A stretch of DNA of 64,000 nucleotides from Magnetococcales bacterium (GCA_015231175.1 JADGBZ010000010.1:15048-79047), one strand, 5' to 3'. Numbered from the stretch's first letter, positions 32,953 through 43,308 are shown. Notes: a model not told the origin generated them from the sequence alone. Translations and numbers: made by a program.

Positions 32953-33108
32953 GCGCAACCATCCCTTTGGACGACACGAGAAAACGCCACGATCCACCAC
33001 AACTCCACATCGACCACAACATCATCGATCGGAAGAGCATGGACTCGCATTTATTGTGCCGACACCGATTTTGCATGGGAAAAGTTTGCATGGGGAAAGG
33101 TAGCCCAT

Positions 33109-33828
33109 TCATGCGCCGGATGGTAGCATCCTCTTCAGGCAAAGCGCAATCACTTCCGACAAATCCTGGACCAGGTCCGTGGAGTAACTGGGAATGAAAC
33201 GGCTGGGGATGGTGCCGCCCAGGTTGAGGCTGCCGAGAAGCTTGCGTGAGCCACCCGTGGTCAGGGAGAGGGGAACCAGGGCCTCCGAACGAATGGATGG
33301 GGTGTGGGTGCCAAAAAAAAGGTGACGGTTGCCACCCCCCTCCATCCCGATGCGAATGATCGTCGAACGTCCATCCCCCAGCATCTGGTTCAGCACGGCC
33401 TGACTGACAACAAAGACCCGGTCAGCAAGCTCGGGAGGACGGTTCTCCAGGGTAAGACCAAAACCCTCCGCACAATCGGACAAGGCCAGGGTCACACGTG
33501 AAATATCAAAGGCAAGTTCAAGAGCCGATGTGGCAGCTTTGACCAGCTGGAACAGGGTCCGGGCACCGATCAACCCAACCTGGATGGTGTGGAGCGTGCG
33601 ATAAATCTCCTCGTTGCGGCGCACACGCTCCAGCATGCCGTCGAGCTGTTCACGGATCTGCTCGTTCTGGCGCTGCAAATGGTCCAGTTTGCCGCTCTCC
33701 AGAGAGAGGACACGCCCGGAAGCCGTGATGGCAGCCGGCAAAAGATCAGCGTGGGTGCGAAAAAAATCCGGATTTTCTCGCAACCATCGATCAACCTGGT
33801 ATTCGGTGATGGTGGAGTGATCACTCAT
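33109..33828 (-). CDS. DUF484 family protein
   Basis: WLRENPDFF, VLSLE coiled coil, SEALVPL GAF-like C-terminus; real start ATG 33828, not the 605 aa ORF start. Confidence 0.85.
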   Translation of the reverse strand: MSDHSTITEYQVDRWLRENPDFFRTHADLLPAAITASGRVLSLESGKLDHLQRQNEQIREQLDGMLERVRRNEEIYRTLHTIQVGLIGARTLFQLVKAATSALELAFDISRVTLALSDCAEGFGLTLENRPPELADRVFVVSQAVLNQMLGDGRSTIIRIGMEGGGNRHLFFGTHTPSIRSEALVPLSLTTGGSRKLLGSLNLGGTIPSRFIPSYSTDLVQDLSEVIALCLKRMLPSGA

Positions 33829-34014
33829 AATCGGACAGGATGGTCGACCGGTTTTGGAAAAGCAAGGATTGCAGCATGAATCGCGGCGAATTTGTTGACG
33901 TACCGTTCCTTCAGCTTTACCATGGCGGCGAGTGGTGGTGAAGTACGCTTCACCGGGTGGGGGCGTGGCGATCCATGGGATCCGAAGCAACAGGCGGTGG
34001 CATGAGGTGAGGGT

Positions 34015-34428
34015 GTGGGTTGCGACTTCAACGAAGAGAGCATCGAGAAGGTCTCCCGATGCATGAAAGCCCTGGCCCATCCCTTGCGGATCAAGGTGAT
34101 TGTGGCCCTGAAGGACAAGGAGATGAGCGTCCAGGAACTGGTCGAGGCGGTCGGGACCACCCAATCCAACGTTTCTCAGCACCTGACCATCATGCGTGAC
34201 AAAGAGATTCTTGCCTCTCGTCGCGTTGCCAATCAGGTCTTCTATCGGGTCGGTGATTGCAAAGTCCTGGATCTGGTCGCCTTGACCAAAAAAATTTTTT
34301 GCACTCAGACCCAGGATGCTGGCAACGTGGGAAGCACCCCCATGGACATTCCAGCAGAGTCGCCCCGGTTGGCTGATTTTGTACGGACTCTCCAGGAGGA
34401 TGTCGCCTCGCCACACCGACGGGCTTGA
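34015..34428 (+). CDS. ArsR/SmtB (BigR/SqrR-like) transcriptional regulator
   Basis: KALAHPLRI, QSNVSQHL, VFYR, C-terminal IFC. Confidence 0.88.
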   Translation: MGCDFNEESIEKVSRCMKALAHPLRIKVIVALKDKEMSVQELVEAVGTTQSNVSQHLTIMRDKEILASRRVANQVFYRVGDCKVLDLVALTKKIFCTQTQDAGNVGSTPMDIPAESPRLADFVRTLQEDVASPHRRA

Positions 34429-34452
34429 ACGCGCAGGGCAATGGAGTAACGG

Positions 34453-34872
34453 ATGACCTGGTTGCAAACAAACTGGCCGCTCCTGCTGGTGCTGGCCCTT
34501 TTCTCCTACCTCTTTCTCTGGGACCGCCTGGAAGCCCGGTGGGTCGGCGTGGAACAGATCTCGGTCCACGATCTGGCCGCTAAACTTGCCGGCGACGCCC
34601 CTCCCCTGCTCGTGGATGTGCGATCGCCACGCGAGTTCAATGCTGGCCACGTCCGACAAGCTCTCCTGGTTCCCCTGTCGGATTTGCGCCAAAGGGCAGA
34701 GGCCCTGCTGCAAAAAAACCCGGGGCGCGACGTGGCCGTGATCTGTCAAAGCGGCAACCGCTCCCTCAAAGGGTCCATCATCCTTAAGCGGCATGCCGAA
34801 ACCATTCGGGTTTACAACGTCGCAGGCGGCACCAGCACCTGGCGCAGCCAGGGTTTCCCGGTCGGACAGTAG
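34453..34872 (+). CDS. Rhodanese-domain protein
   Basis: DVRSPREF..GH, CQSGNRS, N-terminal TM. Confidence 0.9.
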   Translation: MTWLQTNWPLLLVLALFSYLFLWDRLEARWVGVEQISVHDLAAKLAGDAPPLLVDVRSPREFNAGHVRQALLVPLSDLRQRAEALLQKNPGRDVAVICQSGNRSLKGSIILKRHAETIRVYNVAGGTSTWRSQGFPVGQ

Positions 34873-35011
34873 GGAGGTGCGTGGCCGGATGGTGAACAGT
34901 CGCGCAAAAACATGGGTCGGCAGCACGCCATGGCGCTTGCCTTGGGAGGATTACCCATCCGAGCCGTTACAGAATGGGATTGCCCGCAACCCGGGCTGGC
35001 TGTGACCTCCC

Positions 35012-35638
35012 ATGCATCTGGAAGAAGAGGTCAAACTCACCGCTCCCGACCGATCCGCCCTGGATGCTGTTCTGCAAGATCCCGGGGTGTTGGCGGTCGC
35101 TGGTCGCCATTCAGTCCAGGATCGCTCCTTTCTGGCCACCTATTACGACACGCCAGAAAAAGAGTTGTTGCGCCGCAAACTGGGATTTCGCATGCGCCAG
35201 GTAGGCGACCAGTGGTGGATAGGGCTTAAGGGAAGTGGTTCGCTTGTGGCAGGAGTTTCCCGGCACCTGGAGTGGGAGGTCCGGTCCACAAAGCCCGTTG
35301 TCCGCTTCTGGGATTTGCCACCCGGCCCGCTGCGCGACCAGGTGCTGTCGATCGTGCGGGCTGACAGCCCTGTCACCCCGCTATTGACCACCGACATCCA
35401 CCGCCGCACCCTGGAGCTGGATCTGGCCGAAGGGTGTCGCGCCGAAATGGCGTTGGACGCCGGAATCATCCGCGCCGGGGGAAAAAAAATACCCCTGTTC
35501 GAGGTGGAATTGGAGTCCCTTGCCGGGCCGTTCGCTCCCATCCTCGCCTTTGCCACCGATCTGACCAGGCGTCACGACCTGGTACCAGCCACATTGACCA
35601 AATTTCATCAGGGGGTCGCTCTGCTGGGAATAAACTGA
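35012..35638 (+). CDS. CYTH domain protein
   Basis: EEEVKL, YYDTP, ALDAG, EVELE. Confidence 0.88.
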   Translation: MHLEEEVKLTAPDRSALDAVLQDPGVLAVAGRHSVQDRSFLATYYDTPEKELLRRKLGFRMRQVGDQWWIGLKGSGSLVAGVSRHLEWEVRSTKPVVRFWDLPPGPLRDQVLSIVRADSPVTPLLTTDIHRRTLELDLAEGCRAEMALDAGIIRAGGKKIPLFEVELESLAGPFAPILAFATDLTRRHDLVPATLTKFHQGVALLGIN

Positions 35639-35648
35639 AAACAGGGTG

Positions 35649-35790
35649 GTGAAGATTCGGCGCACTTGCAAGAAAAGCTTTGACATGAAAAACTTTGTCA
35701 AGGCTTCGCTCCGAGCCCCACCAGGACGCTGTCTTAGGCCCTGCCAGGGAGCCAGCCCCCTGGATCCCGATTCGTCACCAGATGACGATG
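35649..35790 (+). repeat. Type-A repeat, copy 5 (degenerate)
   Basis: Same three-hairpin core. A 14-bp direct repeat AGGGTGGTGAAGAT (terminus-like) lies at 35643 and 35835, so the right boundary is uncertain. Confidence 0.8.
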
Positions 35791-35864
35791 CCGGATTTCT
35801 TGACAACGCCCCGCCCGACCCCCAGCCGGCCATAAGGGTGGTGAAGATGACGAAAGGGAGTACT

Positions 35865-37259
35865 ATGACCATGCGGTACATAAGCACGCGGGGTGGTGTA
35901 CAACCGGTGGATTTTGCCCAGGCAGTCATGATGGGGCTGGCCACCGATGGTGGTCTGCTCCTGCCCGAGCGGATTCCCGAAATCCCGATCGCCACTTGGC
36001 AGCGTTGGGCGACACTCTCATTTCAGGAGCTGGCCCTGGAGGTGATGGCCCCGTTTGTGGGTGACGCCATCCCCGCTGCCGACCTGCGGGATTTGGTACA
36101 GCGCTCCTATGCCACCTTCACCCATCCGGAGATCACCCCCGTGGTGCAGGTGGGATCCCGTTATATCCTGGAGCTGTTTCATGGTCCGACGCTGGCCTTC
36201 AAGGATGTCGCCCTCCAATTCCTCGGCAATCTTTTTGCCACCCTTCTGGCCCGGCAAGGGGGGCGATTGAACATTCTGGGCGCCACCTCCGGGGATACCG
36301 GTTCGGCAGCCATCCATGGCGTGCGTGGCAAAGAGAGAATCCACATTTTCATCCTTCATCCGCATGGCCGGGTCTCTCCAGTCCAGGAACGTCAGATGAC
36401 CACAGTCCTGGATGCCAATGTTCACAACATCGCCGTGCAGGGGGACTTTGACGACGGACAGCGTATCGTCAAGGCCTTGTTCAACGACCTGGACTTCAAG
36501 AATACCTACCAGCTGGGAGCGGTCAACTCCATCAACTGGGCACGTATTCTGGCCCAGGTTGTCTATTACGTTTACGCCTGGGGTCGGGTGACGGAAGGCG
36601 ACACCGGGCATGCCGTGACATTTTCGGTGCCAACCGGCAACTTTGGCGACATCTTTGCCGGTTTTGTGGCGCGCCGCATGGGTCTACCCATACACCGACT
36701 GCTGTTGGCCACCAACCGCAATGACATTTTGACCCGTTTTGTGGCCACGGGTGTTTATGAAACCGGGCAGGTTGCGCCGACCGTCAGTCCATCCATGGAT
36801 ATTCAGGTCTCTTCCAACTTCGAGCGCTATCTCTACTATCTCTTCGATGCCAATGCGAAACGGGTACGTGACTGCATGGAGCAACTCTCCCGCACGGGCC
36901 GATTCCAGGTGACGGCAGATGAGCAGGCCGCAGCGGCGCGGGAGTTTCCGGCCATGGCAGTCTCCGAGGCAGCGACCTTGCAACAAATCCGGGATACCGA
37001 CGCGCAGCACCGCTATCTGTTGGATCCCCATACCGCTGTCGGCGTGCATGCGGCCCGAGACGAAAAGGGGTCGGTGATTTGTCTGGCCACTGCCCACCCG
37101 GCCAAGTTTGCCGACGCCGTGCGCCAGGCGACCGGTCGTGACCCGGAATTGCCGCCTGTTTTTGCCGGTCTCTTGGCCATGCCCACCCGTTGCGCCGTGC
37201 TGCCTGCCGATGTCGAGGCCGTGCGCCGCTTTATTCAGGAGACTCGGGGAGTTTTGTGA
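35865..37259 (+). CDS. thrC: Threonine synthase
   Basis: YISTRG, FHGPTLAFKD, ATSGDTG, NSINWARI, PTGNFG. Confidence 0.96.
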   Translation: MTMRYISTRGGVQPVDFAQAVMMGLATDGGLLLPERIPEIPIATWQRWATLSFQELALEVMAPFVGDAIPAADLRDLVQRSYATFTHPEITPVVQVGSRYILELFHGPTLAFKDVALQFLGNLFATLLARQGGRLNILGATSGDTGSAAIHGVRGKERIHIFILHPHGRVSPVQERQMTTVLDANVHNIAVQGDFDDGQRIVKALFNDLDFKNTYQLGAVNSINWARILAQVVYYVYAWGRVTEGDTGHAVTFSVPTGNFGDIFAGFVARRMGLPIHRLLLATNRNDILTRFVATGVYETGQVAPTVSPSMDIQVSSNFERYLYYLFDANAKRVRDCMEQLSRTGRFQVTADEQAAAAREFPAMAVSEAATLQQIRDTDAQHRYLLDPHTAVGVHAARDEKGSVICLATAHPAKFADAVRQATGRDPELPPVFAGLLAMPTRCAVLPADVEAVRRFIQETRGVL

Positions 37260-37268
37260 AACTTTCAT

Positions 37269-37459
37269 GTAACCATTCAGCACCATCCCAAAAAAACATG
37301 GGGATACAAGCCTTTGTCAGGGCTTCGCCCCGAACCCCGCCAGGACTCTGCCCCGGACCCGCCAGGACTCTGCCCCGGACCCGCCAGGACTCTGCCCCGG
37401 ACCCGCCAGGGAGCCAGCCCCCTGGACCCCGATTGCGTGGCCAGGTGGTGGATGGTGGC
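37269..37459 (+). repeat. Type-A repeat, copy 6, with 3x tandem 22-bp middle module
   Basis: GTAACCATTCAGCACC terminus; CCCGCCAGGACTCTGCCCCGGA x3 at 37336-37401. Confidence 0.88.
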
Positions 37460-37462
37460 GTT

Positions 37463-37837
37463 TTACTTCCCGTACCCATTTTTTTGCAATATCTCGTCGA
37501 TCCGTTCCTCAAAGTCCTCGCCCACCGGCTTGAAGATCAAGGCGTCACAGCCTCCGAACATGGCCCTTGGCTCATCCCGGGATATGGCACCCGCTGTTAC
37601 CGCGACGATACAACCGGTGTACCCCTGCTGGCGCAGTGCGACCACGGCTTCACTGCCATCCATGACCGGCATGTGCATATCGAAGAGCACAAGATCGTAG
37701 GCGTTGGCGAGGGTTTTTTCCATACCCTCCCGGCCATTTTCGGCCTCTTCCACCGTGTGGTCGGCATATTCAAGGCGAAGTCGCAACACGGCGCGTATAT
37801 CGGGTTGGTCATCTACGATCAGGATATGGGCCATCAC
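37463..37837 (-). CDS. Single-domain response regulator
   Basis: IVDD, FDMHMPVMDG, VTA, KP. Confidence 0.9.
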   Translation of the reverse strand: MMAHILIVDDQPDIRAVLRLRLEYADHTVEEAENGREGMEKTLANAYDLVLFDMHMPVMDGSEAVVALRQQGYTGCIVAVTAGAISRDEPRAMFGGCDALIFKPVGEDFEERIDEILQKNGYGK

Positions 37838-40059
37838 ATCACCTGTGCCAGTGGAATGGTAAAACGAAATGTCGAACCTGCATCGGGAGTGCTGGTAACG
37901 GTTATCGTGCCACCAGATATGTCGACCAGTTTCCTGGTAATGGTCAAACCAAGGCCGGAACCCCCGACGCGACGTGTCGCGGATCGATCCACCTGGTGGA
38001 AACGGTCGAAGATGCGTTCCAATTCGTCGGGGGGAATGCCCTGGCCGGTGTCGGCGATGGCAAACTCGGCAAAGTTCCCGGAGCGAACAATAGTGACGTG
38101 AATCACGCCCTGGTCGGTGAACTTGATGGCATTGCCGATAAGATTGATGAGAATTTGCCGCAGACGGGTCGCATCGGCCATGACGAGAAGACTTTCCAGC
38201 GTGTTGGCCAGACGCAGATTTTTTTCATCTGCCTTGACACGCAGGGCATCCAGGACACCCCGGACAATCTCCCCGGCATCAACCACGCGAAAATCCATGG
38301 CAAACTTGCCCGACTCAATTTTGGCTATGTCGAGAAGATCATTGATCAGCGTGAGCAGATGCTCGCCGTTGCGATGCATCTCTCCGGCCATCTTGCCGAT
38401 CTGCTGCATGAATTTTTCGAGCAACTCCGCCTCGGGCCTGTCGGCAAGGGCCTGAAACAATTTTTTTGCCGTTGGATTCTTGCTTTCCGTGCGGGTGAGC
38501 AGAGGCAGATAGCCCAGAATGACCGTCAGTGGCGTGCGCAGTTCATGACTCATCATGTTGAGAAACTCGGACTTGGCCCGATTGGCATTTTCAGCCGCCT
38601 CCTTTGCTGCCAACAGGTCGTGTTCCGTTTGTTTTCTTTCTGTAATATCAACAATACACCCAACAAAAATCTGCTTCTCGCCAACCAGAACCTCACCCAC
38701 GGCCAACCAGAGCGGAAAAATGGTTCCATCCTTGCGCAAGCCAAGCACCTCCCGACCGCCGACCTTGATGATGCGGGATTCCCTGGTTCGGATATACCGC
38801 TCGATATAACCATCGTGATGCACATGGTAGGGATCAGGCATGAGCATTTTAACGTTTTCCCCAATGACCTCGGCTCGTGTATACCCAAACATCTCCTCGG
38901 CAGCCAAGTTGAACGTGATAATACGGCGATCTGCATTCATGGTGACGATGGCATTGACCGCCGTCTCCAGGATGGCCTTCGTCATGGAAGTGTTCACGGT
39001 CAATGCATCGGTGGCTTTTTTGGTCTGGTCAACGGCCTGATCGCGCTGATGGGTCACCCTACCCATGAAACCGAACAACAAAAGGCTGAACAACAGGCCT
39101 CCGACCAGAATGATCTCAGGCTCTTTTCGGTTCATGCTGGCATCCAATGCCGGCGTACTTTGCAGCTCCAGGGTCCACTCCCGACCCGAAATGAGCAGTG
39201 ACTCCCGGTGTACAAACTTTCCCATGACCCTTCTGGAGGTATGCTCAGTCGCTGAATCATACATGAGGTTGTCCGGCTGAATATCCCGGCCATCGAAGAT
39301 GCGCAAGGCGACAAACTCGTGTTCGCTGCCCAGGATGTCCTGCATGAGGTCGTTCATACGGAACGGTGCGTAGACAAAACCGAGAATGGCAGCCTGGCGT
39401 TCCGCCATGGTGGCCAACGGCTGGGATTTGCGGTACACGGGCAGATAAAGCAGACAGCCAGCCTGTTTGTTTGTTGCCGTCTCCTGCACCAGGAAGACCC
39501 TGCCGGAAAGGGCAGGCTCGCCAGTATCGCGGGCACGCTCCATGGCGGCCCGGCGGACAGGCTCCGTGTACATGTCATAGCCAAAAGCACGTTGGTTGCG
39601 TTGGTCGAAGGGTTCGATAAAAATGATTGAAGTATAGATATCCCGCAAGCCTTCAGGGCGAAGGTGATAATTGGCAAAACCTTCGGCGCGCACGCTCTGC
39701 ACATGTCCGGCCAGCTCATCCGGGCGCACGAAAGCGGCCCAGCCAAACCCCTGGATGCCAGGAAATCTTTCGCCAATGCGCAAACTCCTGGCAAACATGT
39801 GCCACTCCTGCCGGCTGACATCCTGACTGGCGTCGAACAAACCAACTCCGCTGCGCAGAATTTGTTCATAGGTGCGCATGCGGTTTTGGATGGACAATTT
39901 ATGTTCAATAACTTCCCGGGAAAACCGCACCTCGGCATACACCTTGGCCTCCTGGTGCAGATAATGCCAACCTGCATACGTTCCCCATACGGCCACCACC
40001 AGGAGCAACCATTTGACCGTCAGGAGCACATTGGGAGAGATGGAGTTCCGGATTTTCAT
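37834..40059 (-). CDS. CHASE-PAS sensor histidine kinase (PAS resembles FixL heme-PAS)
   Basis: CHASE (FPGIQG, NQRAFGYDM, GFVYAPF), PAS LMPDPYHVHHDGYIERY, MSHELRTP, GGSGLGL. Confidence 0.9.
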   Translation of the reverse strand: MKIRNSISPNVLLTVKWLLLVVAVWGTYAGWHYLHQEAKVYAEVRFSREVIEHKLSIQNRMRTYEQILRSGVGLFDASQDVSRQEWHMFARSLRIGERFPGIQGFGWAAFVRPDELAGHVQSVRAEGFANYHLRPEGLRDIYTSIIFIEPFDQRNQRAFGYDMYTEPVRRAAMERARDTGEPALSGRVFLVQETATNKQAGCLLYLPVYRKSQPLATMAERQAAILGFVYAPFRMNDLMQDILGSEHEFVALRIFDGRDIQPDNLMYDSATEHTSRRVMGKFVHRESLLISGREWTLELQSTPALDASMNRKEPEIILVGGLLFSLLLFGFMGRVTHQRDQAVDQTKKATDALTVNTSMTKAILETAVNAIVTMNADRRIITFNLAAEEMFGYTRAEVIGENVKMLMPDPYHVHHDGYIERYIRTRESRIIKVGGREVLGLRKDGTIFPLWLAVGEVLVGEKQIFVGCIVDITERKQTEHDLLAAKEAAENANRAKSEFLNMMSHELRTPLTVILGYLPLLTRTESKNPTAKKLFQALADRPEAELLEKFMQQIGKMAGEMHRNGEHLLTLINDLLDIAKIESGKFAMDFRVVDAGEIVRGVLDALRVKADEKNLRLANTLESLLVMADATRLRQILINLIGNAIKFTDQGVIHVTIVRSGNFAEFAIADTGQGIPPDELERIFDRFHQVDRSATRRVGGSGLGLTITRKLVDISGGTITVTSTPDAGSTFRFTIPLAQVM

Positions 40060-40078
40060 GGGCCAAGCAGTCTTTCTG

Positions 40079-40224
40079 CAACCCATTCAATGCCAAGAAA
40101 CGAATCGGGTCCAGGAGGCTGGCGCCCTGGCAAGGCCTGAGACTGCGTCCTGACAAATTCGAAGCGAAACCCTGACAGAGGCTTTCATGCCCGGGCTTTT
40201 CTTGAAAGGGTGCTGAATGGTGAG
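40079..40224 (-). repeat. Type-A repeat, copy 7 (degenerate)
   Basis: GGGTCCAGGAGGCTGGCGCCCTGG ... GGCTTTTCTTGAAAGGGTGCTGAATGG. Confidence 0.8.
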
Positions 40225-40430
40225 TACTGAACAGATTCAAAAAAACAAATATCCATCACCATTGGTAAACGAAACACCAAGCATTCCGCAAGTAAAAAGA
40301 AAACGCAGAGAGAGGCGTTTCCGGATTGCACTGGTTCCGGGGTTGCGATAGCCTGTGCAATTCGCTGTGTTTCCAAGGTTGGGGTCAAGAAGGGTGTCAT
40401 CATGGTTACAGAAGGATAGAGAGTCGCCGG

Positions 40431-41429
40431 ATGACGGGCAGAAAGTTCAAGCTTTTCTTTCCGCGTTGGCGTTTCCCCTACAATCTGGGGGATACGGTGA
40501 TGCTCTCTTCCCTGTTCAAGGCAGTGCGTCAGGTCTATCAGCCCGGCACTCTGGAGGTGGTGGCCGATGCGGTCGTCGCTGGCCTTTTTGCCCATGATCC
40601 CTGGGTGGACCGGTTTGTGACGGCCTCCTGGCTGACGCGCAAGCTGATCCGCAAGTCTGCGTGGAGTTGGTATCAGCGGCGGGGAGGGCATGGCATCATC
40701 TGGCCACATTGGCAAAAAGCCGCCTTTGACCACCTGGCCATGGGTCACAACCTGGTGAATACCATCCAGGATCCCAGGCGTAATATCCTTTCCATCAACT
40801 ATGCCGTCCAGTTGGGTCCGGAAATTGTGGCCTTCGACGATCTGCGGCCCCGCATCCACCTGACTCCCGAAGAGCTGGCGCGGGCGCGCCAGGAAATCGC
40901 GCCCAACGCCATCGCCCTGCACGTTGCCGCCATCCGCCAGGATCAGAGCCGCCTGGACAACGAGCGTTTGCGCTATCGTCGTTCGGCCTGGCAGCGCTTT
41001 GTCCAGTTGGTCAAGGCCCATGACCCGTCACTGGTGGTCTATGAGGTGGGACAGAAGCAGTTTGAGGGGATCGGCGACAAGCTCATCCCCATTGGTTCGA
41101 TTCGTGACATGGCTGCCCGACTCAAGGCAACGCGGCTGGTGGTCCTCTCTGATGGCGGCGTCCACAACGTCTGCAATGCCATCGACCAACCCGTGCTCCT
41201 GTTCCAGGGGTACGAGTGGAACCCCCCTGAACTGTTCCAGATGGGAAACGCCCGGTTCAACCCGGCCTACCACCCCCCCTGCCGCCAACAATGCCACCTG
41301 TTCGAGGATATTCTCAACCTGCCCAAGCCCCGCGACCACTGCCATCGGGCGTGTTACGACCTCAGCCCGGAACGCCTGGCGGAAGATTGCATCGCGTTGT
41401 TGGACAAACATCCTGGCCACCAGGCTTGA
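40431..41429 (+). CDS. GT9-like glycosyltransferase
   Basis: LGD N-terminal motif, SDGGVHN (DSG..H-like), C-terminal Cys cluster. Confidence 0.65.
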   Translation: MTGRKFKLFFPRWRFPYNLGDTVMLSSLFKAVRQVYQPGTLEVVADAVVAGLFAHDPWVDRFVTASWLTRKLIRKSAWSWYQRRGGHGIIWPHWQKAAFDHLAMGHNLVNTIQDPRRNILSINYAVQLGPEIVAFDDLRPRIHLTPEELARARQEIAPNAIALHVAAIRQDQSRLDNERLRYRRSAWQRFVQLVKAHDPSLVVYEVGQKQFEGIGDKLIPIGSIRDMAARLKATRLVVLSDGGVHNVCNAIDQPVLLFQGYEWNPPELFQMGNARFNPAYHPPCRQQCHLFEDILNLPKPRDHCHRACYDLSPERLAEDCIALLDKHPGHQA

Positions 41430-41442
41430 TGGCCACCTGGCG

Positions 41443-41934
41443 TCAGCCTCGCAAAACGGCCATGCCCAAGAGCAGGTATAAAACAACGAACAGGATGGGA
41501 ACCCCATTTTCAACGTGTGTCAGCGGCCAGTACAGCCTGGGATTTTTTCCTCCGCCCAAAGCGACCCATTCGGCATCATATGGGGCAACCGGCAACATCT
41601 GCTCCAATGTATGAATCACTTTGAATTTCCCGGTATTCAACTGGCGATATGAATGCACCATGAACCACCAGGTCAGACAGAGCAACATGACGGCAGCGAA
41701 CGGCAGCATGCCTACCCAGGTTGGCTGCAAGAGTTTTTCCTTCAGCAAGACGGCAAATGCCGCAATGAGCGCGGTGTGAACAGCCAGGAAAAACGAGTTG
41801 GCCATCACGCGCCTGGCGCTCACACGATCCGCCATCTCAACACAAAGCTTGTATTGCTCAAAAAGATGCTGCTCATAGGCGCTGCCATAGGTACGCTTTT
41901 TCTGGCGCAAAAGGTTGAGATCGTCGATACTCAT
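41443..41934 (-). CDS. RipA-like small integral membrane protein
   Basis: EQYK..VEMADRVSARR..ANSFF, SYRQLNTGKF.VI..LE..LP...Y.AEW, three hydrophobic segments; family recalled from memory. Confidence 0.65.
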   Translation of the reverse strand: MSIDDLNLLRQKKRTYGSAYEQHLFEQYKLCVEMADRVSARRVMANSFFLAVHTALIAAFAVLLKEKLLQPTWVGMLPFAAVMLLCLTWWFMVHSYRQLNTGKFKVIHTLEQMLPVAPYDAEWVALGGGKNPRLYWPLTHVENGVPILFVVLYLLLGMAVLRG

Positions 41935-42082
41935 CGGCAGCTTTCCCGTGGGCAGTGATCCATAACTCTGCGGAGGCTGTCCGACTCCTGACAGGAAAGC
42001 AAACGTTTGTTGGGATACGGCCATGCAGTGTGTTCCCAGAGATCGAATCGTTGCCGAAGGTGCTGAAATCGCCACAGGTATC

Positions 42083-43261
42083 ATGAAAAAAGATGTCACC
42101 CTGGTGGTCATGCGCTACACCCCCTTCGGTGGCGATGAGACCCAGGCTGCCCTTCTGGCGGAGCACCTGGTGGCTGCGGGTTGCCACGTCACCCTGCTGT
42201 GCGCCGATTGGCGGGGAGGGCCGTTACCATCCGGTATGACCTGGGTGCGCATCCCCATGTGGCGAGGTGGTTCCTGGCTCAAGGTGTGGTCCTTCGCCCG
42301 TGCTGCGGCAAGCCATTTAAAAAAACATCCCGGCATGCGGGCCATCGCCTTCTCCCGGGTGCCGGGAGCGACCTTTTATCGGGCCGGCAGCGCCTGCCAT
42401 GCGGAGTGGTTGCGCCTGCGCCAACAAACAGGCGGCTGGCGGGCTGCCCTCTCCATGGCGATCAACCCCCTGCACAGGGTGATCCGTGGCATCGAAGGGC
42501 ACATCTTTGCCGATACGGTCCGGCAGGCGGGACGCATCATCGTCATGGCTCGTCTGGGGCAGGAACAAATACAACGATTCTATCCTATCCCCGATGACCG
42601 GTTCGTCGTCATTCCACCCATGGTGGATCTCAGCCGTTTCCAAAAAAGTGCGGCTGAGTGGATCGCGGATCGGCACAAGACCCGCTCGGCCCTGGGCGTG
42701 GATGAGAATGAGGCTGTTTTATTGCACGTGGGATCGGGTTTTCGCATCAAACGTTTGGCCCTCACGCTGGCCGTTGTGGCTGAATTGACGCAGCGTGGGC
42801 AGGCGGTGCGCCTGCTGATTGCCGGTTTTGACCGCAAGGAGCAATCCCGGCATGTGCGCCTTGCCCAACAACTTGGCATAGCGGAACAGGTGACCTTTCT
42901 GGGAGGGGTCGCCGATATGGCCCCTTGTTATGCGGCAGCGGATCTGCTGCTGCTTCCCAGCCTGCTGGAGACCTTCGGCGTGGTGGTGGCCGAGGCGCTC
43001 TATTGTGGCCTGCCGGTTGTGATCAGCACTGGCATGGGGGCGCGCGATCTGGTTTTGCCTGCCGCAACGTGTGGCCGGGTGGTTGCAGTGGATGCCGGCC
43101 CGACCGCCTGGGCTGCGGCTGTTGCCGAAACTCTGGACCAGAAACGCCACAGCACCGATCCCGACGCCGATGCCGCCCGGCGCCGCATGGCCGCCCTCCC
43201 CTGCATGCCCGAACGGGTTCTGGCCCAATACCTGGATCTGCTCGCAGAAATCCAGGCGTAA
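42083..43261 (+). CDS. GT4 glycosyltransferase (WaaG-like)
   Basis: YTPFGG, VGSGF..K, ETFGVVVAEA. Confidence 0.88.
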   Translation: MKKDVTLVVMRYTPFGGDETQAALLAEHLVAAGCHVTLLCADWRGGPLPSGMTWVRIPMWRGGSWLKVWSFARAAASHLKKHPGMRAIAFSRVPGATFYRAGSACHAEWLRLRQQTGGWRAALSMAINPLHRVIRGIEGHIFADTVRQAGRIIVMARLGQEQIQRFYPIPDDRFVVIPPMVDLSRFQKSAAEWIADRHKTRSALGVDENEAVLLHVGSGFRIKRLALTLAVVAELTQRGQAVRLLIAGFDRKEQSRHVRLAQQLGIAEQVTFLGGVADMAPCYAAADLLLLPSLLETFGVVVAEALYCGLPVVISTGMGARDLVLPAATCGRVVAVDAGPTAWAAAVAETLDQKRHSTDPDADAARRRMAALPCMPERVLAQYLDLLAEIQA

Positions 43262-43308
43262 CGATTCACCACCAGGCAGCGCATTGGGGGCAAGAAATCG
43301 GGATCCAG
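43258..43308 (-). repeat. Left half of a split repeat copy (IS110 target)
   Basis: GTAACGATTCACCACC terminus, then AATCGGGATCCAG; the reverse complement CTGGATCCCGATT equals 35760-35772. Confidence 0.75.

Noticed and set aside
30921-33000. Integron (GTTAC-ended palindromes as attC sites plus a tyrosine recombinase)
   Set aside because: The recombinase looks like chromosomal XerC next to DUF484 and lacks an evident IntI insertion; the repeats are in mixed orientation between housekeeping genes.
33829-34926. Apparent 605 aa protein fused to DUF484
   Set aside because: The extension is antisense to the ArsR and rhodanese genes; the DUF484 gene starts at 33828.
35646-35864. N-terminal extensions such as KSFDMKNFVKASLRAPPG on thrC, and similar ones on the CNNM (30935), CHASE kinase (40086) and CgeB-like (55803) ORFs
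   Set aside because: They are translations of the repeat or its termini; better downstream starts exist.
37336-37410. Possible CRISPR array (also 4711-4870)
   Set aside because: Units are head-to-tail or only two copies, with no unique spacers and no cas genes in the window.
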